From: an uncultured delta proteobacterium
GTDB taxonomy: Bacteria > Desulfobacterota > Desulfobacteria > Desulfobacterales > Desulfatirhabdiaceae
Reading direction: 5' to 3'
Length of the DNA stretch: 64,000 bases
Assembly: GCA_963789395.1 (NCBI GenBank)
Contig: CAWBKP010000022.1
Location: 1-64,000, forward strand
In this document: positions 35,820 to 46,767 of the stretch, piece by piece
How positions within the stretch are numbered: position 1 is the first letter of the stretch
Layout of the letters: the number at the start of each line of letters is the position of its first letter
Made by a program: the position numbers and the translations under genes
Notes under the pieces: generated by a model
Told to the model about the DNA's origin: nothing
The model's database searches: none
What the model saw: the letters and a program-made list of their open reading frames with translations, nothing else

Positions 35820-37961
35820 ATGATTAGAAAACATTTATCATCCATAGGCTTACAGTGGTTGGCAATCCTTGGCATCCCTCTGATTTACTGGTCATACAGC
35901 AGATCTTATAGCGGTCCCGCATATCTTTCCGACGAGATCGGTTATCTATCGAATGCCATTTTTCTGGCAGGCTATTATATTGATGGCGCGAGCAGCTGGC
36001 ACGCAGGGTACTCATTTCTGTTGTCGCCCCTTTTCAGGATTTTTTCTGATGTGGCAAGCATATGGGCAGGAGCGATGATGCTTAATGCTCTCCTATGGGT
36101 GCTGTCTTTCTATTTACTTGATCGCCTTATGGTGATCTGGTGCCCGAACATAAATGAGGTCAAGCGGATACTTATTTTACTTTTTGTAGGGGCATACCCC
36201 GCTTGGATGACCATGTCAGGATATGTATTCACTACCCCAGCTTTCGTTGTTTTTTACCTTGCTGGACTGGTTAACCTTGCATCTATTAAAGAATACAATT
36301 GTAAAAATATTTTTCCATTTACGATTTTAGTCGGTCTGTTGTACTGGATTCATCCAGCAGGGCTTGCTGTTGCGGGCGCATCAATAATTGTGGTCTCCAT
36401 CTGGTCTATAAGGAATCGATCATATAGCGGTTTGTTTTTTCACGCCATTGGAGTTGTTGTTCTGATTTTCGCGTATAAATTCGGGATTCATCCATGGTTG
36501 GCCGATGGCATGACTCCAGCAGGTTACCGTCCCATTACGCATTATCCATCGCTTTCAAAAGTATTCGCCCGCATAGGAGGAATGAATTATTGGCTCGATA
36601 AATGTGCGCAGGCGATCGGCCAGATCTCATATCTTACCGTCGGAAGCTTCGGCTTGGCCTTCTTCGGGTTTAGCAATTTATTTGTCCGTGCAAAGAGGCT
36701 GCTGTCCAGAGAGCATTTTGAGCAGGGTGATGTAGCAGGGGGCTATGCAATTTTTTCTTGTCTCAGCGTCATCGCCATTGGGGTAATTGCACTTAACCCA
36801 AGGCGTATAGACCATTGGATATATGGTCGATATTTAGACCAAGTTTCTATGCCGGTAATAGCGGTCGGCGCAATGTCTTTGCTTGGAATGAAGGGGCGTA
36901 CGAGAATCATATCGACAGTTTTGGCTGTTTGTATCGTTGTCGGAGCCGGATTCCTGACGGGGTCCAGGCATATTGTAACAGAATTCAATAATTTGATTAA
37001 TACGCCCGCTTTCTGGCCACAATATGTTTTCCCTCAAGCGGGCATGCTCAGCTGGATGGCTCTTGGAGCATTGGCCATTGGGGCTGTGGGTATCGGGGGC
37101 AAGTACGTTGCCTTGCTGGCCGTGCTTTCATCATTTGTAGCCAGCTCGATCAATCAGTCTCAATGGCATCTTCAGATCCAATCCTTCCATAGCAAGCCTT
37201 CTTCCATCGTTGATATTGTTAGAGCGAATTATACGCCGGGTGCCTGTGTCGGTTTTGATACCGAATTTCCGGATTGGGTAGATCTCTACAGAAAGGAGAG
37301 ATTCCAGCTCTATAAATTTTATTTCTATGATTATGGTTATAGACGGATATCTATAAAAGAATGGCGCAATGGTTGTGATGGTCCCCTTTTGACCTACAAT
37401 CCGCAGCAATTCATCGGAAAAACTACAGAGAACGTTCTTGCGCGGGAGAATGATTCGGGTTTGTTCCTTGTGGTTAAAGATGGCATGAAGAAGGCGGACA
37501 TTTCAGCAGGTATTCGCTTGCGTAGCGATATCTCGTTGGCGACAACGATGGATGACGCTTGTCTGCTATCGGGTTGCTATGCCGTCAAATATGATGAGCT
37601 GATTCGCTTTTCCCAGGTCGGTGTTATTCGCGACGGTATGTTGTCGAGTGATGGAAGAGCGGGCTATTTGTTTTATGGCCCATATAGAGCACTTGATAAG
37701 GGATTTTATTCACTTGTGATACGTGGAAACTTTTTTGTTTCGGATACTGCGGTTATCGAGATCGCGAGTGATCAAGGGAAGAAAATTTATTTGCAGAGAA
37801 GATTTTCTCAAGGAGAATGCTCGTCCGGTGAAGCGTTGCTGCCGTTTCAGTTGGAGGAGAAGACAACGGGTCTTGAGGTCAGGCTGCGCGTTGGCAGTAA
37901 AGATCGGGTTTCGATCATGGGCTATGAAATTGTTGCCGCAGATGTGCGCCATGCCCCCTGA
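35820..37961 (+). CDS. Polytopic membrane protein, GT-C/PMT-like, with a C-terminal periplasmic beta domain
   Basis: YLSDEIGYL acidic loop after TM1, GYSFLLSP, many TM helices, YGRYLD and C-terminal YLFYGPY.AL..G.Y. Confidence 0.6.
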   Translation: MIRKHLSSIGLQWLAILGIPLIYWSYSRSYSGPAYLSDEIGYLSNAIFLAGYYIDGASSWHAGYSFLLSPLFRIFSDVASIWAGAMMLNALLWVLSFYLLDRLMVIWCPNINEVKRILILLFVGAYPAWMTMSGYVFTTPAFVVFYLAGLVNLASIKEYNCKNIFPFTILVGLLYWIHPAGLAVAGASIIVVSIWSIRNRSYSGLFFHAIGVVVLIFAYKFGIHPWLADGMTPAGYRPITHYPSLSKVFARIGGMNYWLDKCAQAIGQISYLTVGSFGLAFFGFSNLFVRAKRLLSREHFEQGDVAGGYAIFSCLSVIAIGVIALNPRRIDHWIYGRYLDQVSMPVIAVGAMSLLGMKGRTRIISTVLAVCIVVGAGFLTGSRHIVTEFNNLINTPAFWPQYVFPQAGMLSWMALGALAIGAVGIGGKYVALLAVLSSFVASSINQSQWHLQIQSFHSKPSSIVDIVRANYTPGACVGFDTEFPDWVDLYRKERFQLYKFYFYDYGYRRISIKEWRNGCDGPLLTYNPQQFIGKTTENVLARENDSGLFLVVKDGMKKADISAGIRLRSDISLATTMDDACLLSGCYAVKYDELIRFSQVGVIRDGMLSSDGRAGYLFYGPYRALDKGFYSLVIRGNFFVSDTAVIEIASDQGKKIYLQRRFSQGECSSGEALLPFQLEEKTTGLEVRLRVGSKDRVSIMGYEIVAADVRHAP

Positions 37962-38006
37962 GGGTCAGCTATTTATGCTCGCCGGTAATAATTCATTGCC
38001 AAAGGA

Positions 38007-38978
38007 GTGCTATTGAAACTTATCATCCAAATCCCTTGCTACAACGAGGCTGAGACGCTGCCAGTCACCTTGGCTGCGCTCCCACGACAGGTATCCGGTT
38101 TTGATACGGTTGAATGGCTGATCATTGACGATGGGAGCCGGGACGACACTGTGGCGGTGGCACGGGAAAATGGCGTCGATCACATAGTGAGTCATACCAA
38201 CAATAAGGGCTTGGCGCGTGCTTTCATAACTGGTTTGGAAACCTGTCTGCGATTGGGTGCGGATGTGATCGTCAACACCGATGCCGACAATCAGTACGAT
38301 GCAAACGACATCCCGGCGCTGACCTTGCCCATTCTGGAACAGCGTGCAGAGATCGTGGTGGGTGCTCGGCCCATCGTGTCCATCGAGCATTTTTCCCCTG
38401 TTAAAAAGATACTGCAAAAGCTGGGCAGTTGGGCGGTTCGGGTTGCCAGCAGTACCGACGTCCCCGACGCTCCCAGCGGTTTTCGGGCCATGAGCCGCAA
38501 CGCGGCGCAACGGCTGATGGTGTTCAATGATTATACCTACACGCTTGAAACCATCATCCAGGCCGGGCAGAAGAACATGGCCATCGCTTCGGTGCCCATC
38601 CGAGTGAATGCAGACATGCGCCCCTCGCGTCTGGTCAAAAACATTCCCTCGTATATCAAGCGCAGTCTCCTGACCATCATCCGCATCTTCATTATCTATA
38701 GACCGTTCAGCTTCTTCGGATCGATTGGGGCAGCGCTGTTTGGTGTGGGTTTTCTGATCGGGCTTCGGTTTATGTGGAAATACTTGGGTGGTGCGGGTCA
38801 GGGTCATGTCCAGTCTTTGATTCTCGCATCGGTATTGATGGGAATGGGGTTCCAGGCCTTATTAATTGCTTTTGTAGCCGATTTGCTTTCTGCGAATCGA
38901 AAACTGATAGAGGATGTCCGTTTTTTGCTGTTGGACAAAAACACTAAGTTATCCGAGGAAAGAAGCAAAAAAAAGTGA
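38007..38978 (+). CDS. GT2 polyprenol-phosphate glycosyltransferase with two C-terminal TM helices
   Basis: IQIPCYNEAETL, IDDGSRD, NKGLARAF, NTDADNQY, DAPSGFR and YTLETII. Confidence 0.88.
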   Translation: MLLKLIIQIPCYNEAETLPVTLAALPRQVSGFDTVEWLIIDDGSRDDTVAVARENGVDHIVSHTNNKGLARAFITGLETCLRLGADVIVNTDADNQYDANDIPALTLPILEQRAEIVVGARPIVSIEHFSPVKKILQKLGSWAVRVASSTDVPDAPSGFRAMSRNAAQRLMVFNDYTYTLETIIQAGQKNMAIASVPIRVNADMRPSRLVKNIPSYIKRSLLTIIRIFIIYRPFSFFGSIGAALFGVGFLIGLRFMWKYLGGAGQGHVQSLILASVLMGMGFQALLIAFVADLLSANRKLIEDVRFLLLDKNTKLSEERSKKK

Positions 38979-39026
38979 GCGAAATGGGTTTTTTGTCCAC
39001 TACATCCATGAAAAGAGGTTAGTCTG

Positions 39027-40148
39027 GTGAGGGTGATAATGTGGGGAACATTCGATCTTGGCAAACCGCGTGTAAGGATACTTGAACGTGGACTGCGAAT
39101 GAACGGCATCGAAGTAATCTTGTGTCACCATGAGGTCTGGAACCATATTGATGACAAAAGTCAGATAAAGGACCCTTCCCAAAGATTACGTTTGCTTTTC
39201 AAATGGCTATTGGCCTACCCGTCATTAATATACCGCTATTTAAGGCAGCCTAGACACGATGCCGTGCTTGTATCCTATTTGGGGCATCTGGATGTACTCG
39301 TTCTATGGCTTTTCGCTAAGTTGCGAGGCGTCCCTATTATTTGGGATGTCTTTTTATCCCTGTATAATACGATTGTGGAAGATCGTCGCATTTTAAGTGC
39401 ACGCAATCCCTTGGCCAAACTGATATGGGTTTTGGAGTGGCTGGCATGCCGATTCGCCAAACGGGTGATTTTCGATACCCGGGCACATGCAGATTATTTC
39501 GTAAGTATGTTCGGCCTGAGGGTAAGTCGTAGCGGTGTTGTGCTGGTCGGCGCTGAACCGGAGGTCTTTCCTCTCGTTGCGGACGCAGATGTTCCTGTCA
39601 CGGCCGAAAAACGCGTGCTATTTTATGGACAATTCATCCCTTTGCATGGTATCGAAACAATAATTCGTGCGGCGAGGGAGACACGAGATGAGAAAATTCG
39701 CTGGGTCATCATTGGCAAGGGCCAGGAACAGGGCCGAATAAAGGGCATGCTCGATGAGACGCCGCTTTCCCGGGTCGAATGCGTGCCATGGGTGAATTAT
39801 CCGGAACTCACAAAATGGATCAGCCGCGCGGATGTTTGTCTTGGCATTTTTGGCGATTCGGTCAAGGCAGCCTGTGTGATTCCCAACAAGGTGTTCCAGA
39901 TACTGATGAGCGGAAAACCCCTGATTACACGAGATTCGCCGGCTATCCGGGAACTGTTGAGCACCGAAATGCCCGGTATTTGGCTGGTTCCTCCAGCGGA
40001 CGCTGAGGCGTTGGCGAAAGCGGTGCGTGAGAGTCTTGTAAGTCAAGCCTGCTGGTCCAATCTGCATTTTGCCATCAGGGATCGAATATCGCCCTGCAGC
40101 ATCGGATACAGACTGGCCCAAATTATCAGAGTTGCGGTATCGGGCTAA
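39027..40148 (+). CDS. GT4 glycosyltransferase
   Basis: FYGQFIPLHGIETI, ADVCLGIFG and VIPNKVFQ. Confidence 0.85.
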   Translation: MRVIMWGTFDLGKPRVRILERGLRMNGIEVILCHHEVWNHIDDKSQIKDPSQRLRLLFKWLLAYPSLIYRYLRQPRHDAVLVSYLGHLDVLVLWLFAKLRGVPIIWDVFLSLYNTIVEDRRILSARNPLAKLIWVLEWLACRFAKRVIFDTRAHADYFVSMFGLRVSRSGVVLVGAEPEVFPLVADADVPVTAEKRVLFYGQFIPLHGIETIIRAARETRDEKIRWVIIGKGQEQGRIKGMLDETPLSRVECVPWVNYPELTKWISRADVCLGIFGDSVKAACVIPNKVFQILMSGKPLITRDSPAIRELLSTEMPGIWLVPPADAEALAKAVRESLVSQACWSNLHFAIRDRISPCSIGYRLAQIIRVAVSG

Positions 40149-40274
40149 CGAAACATATATGAAATCTCATCAGGTCTACAGTTCGAGCGTACCGGAACTG
40201 GACTGGTTTCCGCGCGCAGATAGGCGAGTGGTTTAGACAGGTATCGACATATATCAAAAAAGTGATCTCAGCGT

Positions 40275-41525
40275 ATGCGTCGGAAGCGGATTGTAATCAT
40301 CAATCAACATGGCGAGAACCGGGGGGATGAGGCGGCTTTGCGGGCCATGATTCGGGGTCTGGATGCGGAATTAGGTGGACGCGTCGATTTTGACGTTGTC
40401 GTGCAATTCAGGGACCGATCACTGGTCATCCCGTTCGAACAGTCCGTGCGGTTTCATCATATGGTTATGCCTGTTCACGAGATCGCTCTTATGAGTTTGT
40501 ATGCATTGTTTAAAGCAGTTGGGCTGGAGGCTGGATTCCTGCTTCACGGGGAAGCCAAGAAGATCATGTTGGCTATCAAACAGGGCGACATGGTTATCTC
40601 GGCGCCGGGCGGCCCATATTTTGGAGACATCTACGCGGCGCATGAGCCGGTTCATTGGCTTTATGTCTGCCTGGCGCGGCTGTATGGCAAACCCTTGTTC
40701 CTGTATTCAACATCTGCAGGGCCTTTCAAGAAAGCTGCTTACAACTGGTTCCGGCGACGGGTGTTCAGGCTGTTCGATAAATTATGTATAAGGGAAACAC
40801 AATCACTGATATATCTCCGCAAGCTGCTCGGTCCTGCGGCCGAGATTCATCTAACAGCAGATGCAGCGATTCAGGAGAAGATAGAGCCTTTTGGTCGGAC
40901 TCAATACTTTTGCGGCGACCGTACCGAGCCGGCGTACAAATTTATTGTAGCCGTCACTGGCATGCAGTACCGTTATCCCGGATGCCTGGACCCGCCATGG
41001 CAACGAGCCCATTTTACCGAGGTGTTTTTAACTTGCCTGAAGCACCTGGCTGGGCAATGTGAATGCCATTTCATTTTTCTGCCCCAGCTTTATGGTAACG
41101 TGCATAACGATACACTTTACCACGAATTACTCGGGCGGCGCCTGCCAATCGGTACAAGCTGGGGCGTGGTTCCTCCAGATTTCGATTCTGATCGACACCG
41201 TAAGGTTTTCGGTATGGCAGATCTCTGCCTGGCCAGCCGATATCACCCCCAGATATTTGCCACTACGAGTGGCGTGCCGGGGGTGTTTCCCTGTTACGAG
41301 CATAAACAGTTCGCATTCCTGGAGGCCATGGGGATGCGGGAGTTCGCTTTTGATATCCGGGAACTGGATGCGGGGGAACTCTGTGCGGCACTGGACAAGG
41401 TGATCGACCGGCGAGAGGAGCTTTCGTCAATGCTCAGGAATAATGCGATTGCCCTTCGGGAAAAATCGCGGGAAAGCACGCTTTTGGCTGCCGGGCTGTT
41501 TCGTTCGATCAATGAGACAGCCTGA
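40275..41525 (+). CDS. Polysaccharide pyruvyl transferase (WcaK-like)
   Basis: NRGDEA, GGPYFGD, S.GPF, IRE..S, TADAA and SRYH. Confidence 0.85.
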   Translation: MRRKRIVIINQHGENRGDEAALRAMIRGLDAELGGRVDFDVVVQFRDRSLVIPFEQSVRFHHMVMPVHEIALMSLYALFKAVGLEAGFLLHGEAKKIMLAIKQGDMVISAPGGPYFGDIYAAHEPVHWLYVCLARLYGKPLFLYSTSAGPFKKAAYNWFRRRVFRLFDKLCIRETQSLIYLRKLLGPAAEIHLTADAAIQEKIEPFGRTQYFCGDRTEPAYKFIVAVTGMQYRYPGCLDPPWQRAHFTEVFLTCLKHLAGQCECHFIFLPQLYGNVHNDTLYHELLGRRLPIGTSWGVVPPDFDSDRHRKVFGMADLCLASRYHPQIFATTSGVPGVFPCYEHKQFAFLEAMGMREFAFDIRELDAGELCAALDKVIDRREELSSMLRNNAIALREKSRESTLLAAGLFRSINETA

Positions 41526-41541
41526 GGTGGCGGAGGCGAAA

Positions 41542-43458
41542 ATGCACATCATATTTGGCACCTTTAGGGGCGGACAGGCAGAGGCTGCTACAGGTTACGA
41601 ACAGTTCCGGCGTGGTGTGGAAAAGCTATTCGGCGCAAAGACAACGCAATTTGGAAATGGGGCAACCAGAACAGGGCTTATGGGGCACGGCCGCCTCTCT
41701 GGGGCTGCGCGCGACGGCGATTCCTATCTCGTGTTGCTCGGTGCTGTACACCACCCGCTTCCTGGTTGGGGCGACGGTTCGCCACTGGACGATTCTGACA
41801 AAACAGCCGCATTTCTGCTGAGGCGCTACCGCGAACAGGGACTCGGGTTTCTCGATGATACGATAGGGGCGTTTGTCGTTGCGCTGTGGGATGCTGAAGA
41901 GAGGCGGTTCATCCTGGCCAACGACCCCATGGGGATGCGCTCAGCGTATTACTTCGCATCACCGGACAGATTCGCCTTTTCAAGCACCTTGTATGCTCTG
42001 AATTGTGCCGTAGATGGGGGATTGGAGATAGACCGCAGCCTCGAGGATTTCCTGCTGGGCTATGAATTCCTCCCCTGGCAACAGACACTTTACAAAGGCG
42101 TATTCAGCCTGGCTCCCGGCATGATTCTGGAGTGCAGAGACGGCGCCGTCAGGCAGCACACTTCCCACGGGCCTGACTGTTCGGCCTACCGGCTGGAAAA
42201 CCTGGCGCGGCCAGATGCCACGGATGAACTGGCAGGTGAAGCCCTGTTCGGTCTTTTCATGCGCTGCCTGCAAGATGTATTGCCTACTGACGACAGGGTG
42301 GCTGTCTTGTTGGGTGGGTTTGACTCCGCGCTTATCGTTGCAGCATGCAGGAATTTGGGCAAGAAAGTCGATAGTTATTCATTCCGCTTTCCGGACACTC
42401 GGTTCAATCAGGCTTTCGTGGAGGATCTGGCGCAGTTTTGCGGAGCAAAGCACCATTGGGTTGACATCTGCCCTCAAGTGCTGCAGGACGGTCTCTCGGA
42501 GTATCCCCTGCTTTTCAACCAGCCGTCCGGGATGTTCCACTATCTGGTGGAAACGGCACATGTTCTTCGGCAGATGAGAGCCGATGGCCATAATTATTGC
42601 CTGTCTGGGGACGGTTGCGACGAGCTATTTCTTGGGTATCCCAATGTTTTTAAGCGGGCGCGTTTTTTTCTGAAATATCGTTCAGTCCCGGGTTGGATTG
42701 CTTCGGGCGCTTCCTGGATATTGCGCCAACGCCTGGTCGAGACCCTGTTGGGACATTTGGTGCGGTTTCTTCGCAATTTCCTCAATATTGCCGGACGACC
42801 AATGCCCAGACGAGGGCATATTTCGAACAGAATTCTGGACGAGCATTCACTAATGTTTTTGCGCAAGGATTTTCCTCGTCAGGCGATGGATCCTGAAGCA
42901 GTATTGGCATCGCTTTCCATTGGACTTGAAGGGATGTCGCCACTCAGGTTGGCGTATCACGGGAAATCCATGCCGGGACTGAACCGTGCCAAGAATATGG
43001 GAGCAACGACCGCTTCTGGCCTGACCTTATTGTCACCTTACCAACATCCCGCTCTGGTATCTTTTGTGCAAAGTCTGCCAGAGGCGATGTTGCGACGGCC
43101 AAAGGTTAAGCGCGGGGATCTCAATTTGGGTAAATGGCTCCTTATGCGGGTGGCTGAGAAAAAAGGTCTGCTGCCAAGAAAAATAATATACCAGAAGAAA
43201 GATACCCCCGTTGCGGGTATGGCTGATTATTGGTATATGGGTCCGATGAAGGAATTTATCCTGTTGCAAATGGACTCACTTCCCTTTGTTTATGATGCGT
43301 TTTATGTCCGCAACTTGCTGGATTCAAAGTTTGCAGAGAATCTTTTTCGCAGGAAATTCTCAGCAGGGAGTTTTGTATTGAAGGCACCGGCATTGCTCGT
43401 CACCTATGCAGCCTTCAATAATCGGCAATGCAAAGGGTTCGTCAAAAAACGGTCATGA
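41542..43458 (+). CDS. Asparagine-synthetase-like ATP-dependent amide ligase lacking the N-terminal catalytic Cys
   Basis: GGAGG RBS then MHIIFG; Ntn-like GAFVVALWD and NDPMGMRS; synthetase motifs LLGGFDS, SGDGCDELFLGY and K.LL...LLP..I...K. Confidence 0.8.
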   Translation: MHIIFGTFRGGQAEAATGYEQFRRGVEKLFGAKTTQFGNGATRTGLMGHGRLSGAARDGDSYLVLLGAVHHPLPGWGDGSPLDDSDKTAAFLLRRYREQGLGFLDDTIGAFVVALWDAEERRFILANDPMGMRSAYYFASPDRFAFSSTLYALNCAVDGGLEIDRSLEDFLLGYEFLPWQQTLYKGVFSLAPGMILECRDGAVRQHTSHGPDCSAYRLENLARPDATDELAGEALFGLFMRCLQDVLPTDDRVAVLLGGFDSALIVAACRNLGKKVDSYSFRFPDTRFNQAFVEDLAQFCGAKHHWVDICPQVLQDGLSEYPLLFNQPSGMFHYLVETAHVLRQMRADGHNYCLSGDGCDELFLGYPNVFKRARFFLKYRSVPGWIASGASWILRQRLVETLLGHLVRFLRNFLNIAGRPMPRRGHISNRILDEHSLMFLRKDFPRQAMDPEAVLASLSIGLEGMSPLRLAYHGKSMPGLNRAKNMGATTASGLTLLSPYQHPALVSFVQSLPEAMLRRPKVKRGDLNLGKWLLMRVAEKKGLLPRKIIYQKKDTPVAGMADYWYMGPMKEFILLQMDSLPFVYDAFYVRNLLDSKFAENLFRRKFSAGSFVLKAPALLVTYAAFNNRQCKGFVKKRS

Positions 43459-44429
43459 ATGTCGCTCGAATCCGGTCATGGGCCATGCATTTATTTTCGG
43501 CCCTGGTGGTTGTCGGGTTGGTCGTCTACATATGGAAGCATTGGGGAGATGTCGAAGCCGGCATGGTTCTTTCAGCCGGTAAGTTAAGCTTCCTGGCCAT
43601 GCTGATTCTTGTGACTTGGATACTCAATTCCCTGCCGATGTTGATCTTAGCTCGCCTCATGCACAGGCGGATCGGATTCTGGGAGAATTTTGCCGTTCTG
43701 GTAGCTGGCATGTTGGGCAATTATCTGCCGATGCGTATGGGGACAATAATACGCATGCGTTTTTTCAAGAAGGTGCATGACCTTGAGTACACGGCCTTCA
43801 TTGGGATCATGGGCGTGCGAACCATTCTGTTGGCCGCCTTTACCGGGATACTGGGTTGCATCGGCCTGGTCGGCTTGGCAATTATGGGGCAGAATGTGTC
43901 TGCACCAGCCCCGATCGCTTTTACTGTGATGGCGCTCGTTTCCCTGCTTATCCTGTTCGTACCGCTGAAGCCCCCCGACCAAAATGGCACATACTGGGGG
44001 CGCCTTCTGTGGCAACTATCTGCCGGCCATTCCGCGCTACGGAACAATCCGAAAGCCTTTTGTCTCCTGTTCTCAGTTATGCTGGCTCAGTTCGCGATAT
44101 TGGGGATGCGGCTTTATATTTCGTTCCAGGTGTTCGGTCTTGAGTTGTCTGTTTGGTCTTTGCTACTGTTGGGTCCTGCCGCCACGATGGTCACTTTTGT
44201 TAATATCACTCCGGGGAACCTCGGGGTGAGGGAGTGGATAATTGGAGGACTTGCCGGGATCACCGGTATGGACTTCCAGAACGGAGTGTTCGCCGGTACC
44301 CTGGACCGTTCGGTCTTGATGGCGTTGACCTTTGTGATCGGTCCGATCTGCCTTTATTACACATTGCGCAGGTCCAACATGAGTCGGGATGCTGAATTTG
44401 ATCTAAAGACGGAAAAACCGTGTGCTTGA
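43455..44429 (+). CDS. LPG-synthase TM / UPF0104 flippase-like membrane protein
   Basis: GNYLPMRMG and ITPGNLGVRE motifs; about eight TM helices. Confidence 0.75.
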   Translation: MNVARIRSWAMHLFSALVVVGLVVYIWKHWGDVEAGMVLSAGKLSFLAMLILVTWILNSLPMLILARLMHRRIGFWENFAVLVAGMLGNYLPMRMGTIIRMRFFKKVHDLEYTAFIGIMGVRTILLAAFTGILGCIGLVGLAIMGQNVSAPAPIAFTVMALVSLLILFVPLKPPDQNGTYWGRLLWQLSAGHSALRNNPKAFCLLFSVMLAQFAILGMRLYISFQVFGLELSVWSLLLLGPAATMVTFVNITPGNLGVREWIIGGLAGITGMDFQNGVFAGTLDRSVLMALTFVIGPICLYYTLRRSNMSRDAEFDLKTEKPCA

Positions 44430-44657
44430 TCCGATGACTTGGTGGCATGCGTTGTTTGCCATAATACGCCGGATCATGGGCCTATCTGGATGGCGATGTT
44501 TTATTTACAGAGATCTTCAGGGGGGCATGCTATGTGTCGCCATGATTGATCCGGGCTGCATGTCGTTCTGAAACATTGCGCAGTCGCTTTTCATTTATCG
44601 CCGGACCGGCGAAAGCCTTTCATTACTGATAGACTGGTTTCTAAACAGGATGGCTCT

Positions 44658-45572
44658 ATGAGCATTCATTTGCCCAATTTTTTAATTGCCGGGGCGGCCA
44701 AATCCGGCACCTCGTCCCTTTACTATTATTTGAAGGGGCATCCGGATATTTTTCTTTGCCCAATCAAAGAACCCTGTTTTTTTTCCGCCCAGGTGCTGAA
44801 TTTGCCCCATCAGGGCGTTGGCGACGAGCGCAAGCCTTTTATCCGGACATTCGAAGCCTACAGCGCGTTGTTCGCAAAAGCCGGCAGCCAGAAGGCGATT
44901 GGGGAGGCCAGCGCTGACACCTTGTATTATTCTTCTGCTGTCATTCCACTGCTCAAGCAGGTCTTGGGCATGCCACGGATCATCATGTTATTGCGCAATC
45001 CGGTCGATCGGGCCTATTCCGCTTATCTGCACCTGGTACGGGATGCCCGGGAAACCCTGTCATTTGAAGAAGGCTTGGTGCAGGAAGAAGATCGTATCCG
45101 TCAAAATTGGCTTTCTATGTGGCATTACCGCAACAGGGGTCTGTACTTCCGTCAGGTCCAAGACTTCCTGGAGGCTTTCGGCCGGGATCGGGTCCGCGTT
45201 TTTCTACATGATGACTTAAAGTGTGCGGCGCTGGACGTCGTTAAACAGACCTGCGAATTTCTGGAGGTAGCCGCCGATTATCAGCCGCCGGATATCAATT
45301 TTCGCTATAATGCCTCCGGTTTTCCCTGGTCCAGACGCTTGAATAGCATTTTTCTAATGCGAAACAGTCTGCAACTCGGTATTCGCATGTTGGGCAGCCG
45401 GTTGTTGACCGAAGCAGGTTGGGCCAGGTTTCGCGAGTCTGTCCGCGCCCGCTTGTTCGTCAAGTCGGAAATGAAACCGGAAACGCGGTTATATCTGCAA
45501 CAGGTATTCCGGGAAGATCTGATGCGGTTGCAGGATCTAATCGAGCGTGATATCAGTCATTGGCTGGCGTGA
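44658..45572 (+). CDS. PAPS-dependent sulfotransferase
   Basis: PNFLIAGAAKSGTSSL (5'-PSB), KEP.FF, GEAS, LRNPVDRAYS (3'-PB), GLY and DISHW. Confidence 0.9.
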   Translation: MSIHLPNFLIAGAAKSGTSSLYYYLKGHPDIFLCPIKEPCFFSAQVLNLPHQGVGDERKPFIRTFEAYSALFAKAGSQKAIGEASADTLYYSSAVIPLLKQVLGMPRIIMLLRNPVDRAYSAYLHLVRDARETLSFEEGLVQEEDRIRQNWLSMWHYRNRGLYFRQVQDFLEAFGRDRVRVFLHDDLKCAALDVVKQTCEFLEVAADYQPPDINFRYNASGFPWSRRLNSIFLMRNSLQLGIRMLGSRLLTEAGWARFRESVRARLFVKSEMKPETRLYLQQVFREDLMRLQDLIERDISHWLA

Positions 45573-45627
45573 ATCGTAACACCTCGGCCCATGTGTTCAT
45601 GTAATTTTCAGGAAAAGGATACCAAAT

Positions 45628-46767
45628 ATGAAAATTTTTAATTTCAGCGCGGTTGTGCCGCAGATGCCTGATCTGCTTTTTCGGAGCCGCCTGAAATTCA
45701 ATTTTGAGCATTTGCCGTTTGAGGCCCGGGATTTGAGCTGGAAAAAAAAGATGGAATTTTTTCGTGGCGGGTCTGAATCAGTTTTTTCTGCCGGCGAGAC
45801 CGTGGGGGTATCCGGTGATAGCTCAGGTGGAGCCGATCAACGTTTGCAATCTGAAATGCTCTCTCTGTCTGACCGCTTCGCAAAATGACTCACGGCCTGC
45901 TGCCCGGCTGCCGCTGGAAGTTTTCAAGCGCTTTATTGATGAAGTCGGCGACTACCTTCTCCTGATTGTGCTCTGGAATTGGGGTGAGCCCTTCCTGAAT
46001 CCGGAAATTTGCGATATGATCGCTTATGCGACGAGCCGGGGCATCCTTGTGCATTCCAGCACCAACGGCAACGTGCGATTTGACGCTCAGACGGCCGAGC
46101 GCATCGTTACCAGCGGGTTGACCAGCCTGATATTTGCCGTGGATGGGGCAACGCAGGAGACATACAGCACCTATCGCCGGGGGGGGACTTGCAGCGGGTG
46201 CAAGACAACATAAGGGCATTGGTTGCGGCAAAAAAGCGCCTATCGGTGCCTTATCCGCAGTTGACTGTACGATTTGTGGCCATGAAGCAGAACGAGGCGG
46301 AATTACCTCTGGTGAAAAAAATGGCTCGGGAACTCGGGGTTGATTTTTTTTCCGTCAAATCGGTGGATATGCCAGAGCCACAAGGTTCCCGGCTCGATCA
46401 AATCTATCGACCGGAGCAAACTAAATATCGGCGTTATGAATATCTGCCCGGAACATATATTCGTCAGCAGCGATCTTTTCAGTGCATGCGGCCCTGGAAG
46501 CGGATTACCCTGGATGCGCTGGGGGAAGTAATTTCCTGCGAATATGATTATAAAAATCAGTTGTCGTTTGGATCCATCCTGGGGGGACAATCCGCGCTTT
46601 CGGTCTGGAAAAGCGTGGCGAGCCGGGCTTTCCGCCGGCATTTTCAGCGCGGTCATAACGACTATTATCATTGCAAGGATTGCACATACAAGAATATGAT
46701 CGGGGAGGATTGCATTCTCTACGCGAAGCCGGTTGCGTCTTTGTCGGACAAAGGGGCTCTGCGGTGA
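45628..46767 (+). CDS. Radical SAM/SPASM enzyme, broken by two homopolymer frameshifts (A8 at 45742-45749, G8 at 46179-46186)
   Basis: CNLKCSLC, WGEPFL, TNG, AVDG.TQETY..YR.GG; SPASM-like CMRPW...SCEYD...CKDC. A7 and G9 restore one frame. Confidence 0.82.

Noticed and set aside
41542..46767. RiPP cluster (Cys-less AsnB as lasso cyclase, rSAM/SPASM as peptide maturase)
   Set aside because: No precursor peptide, RRE/PqqD domain or leader peptidase seen; all neighbours are glycan genes.
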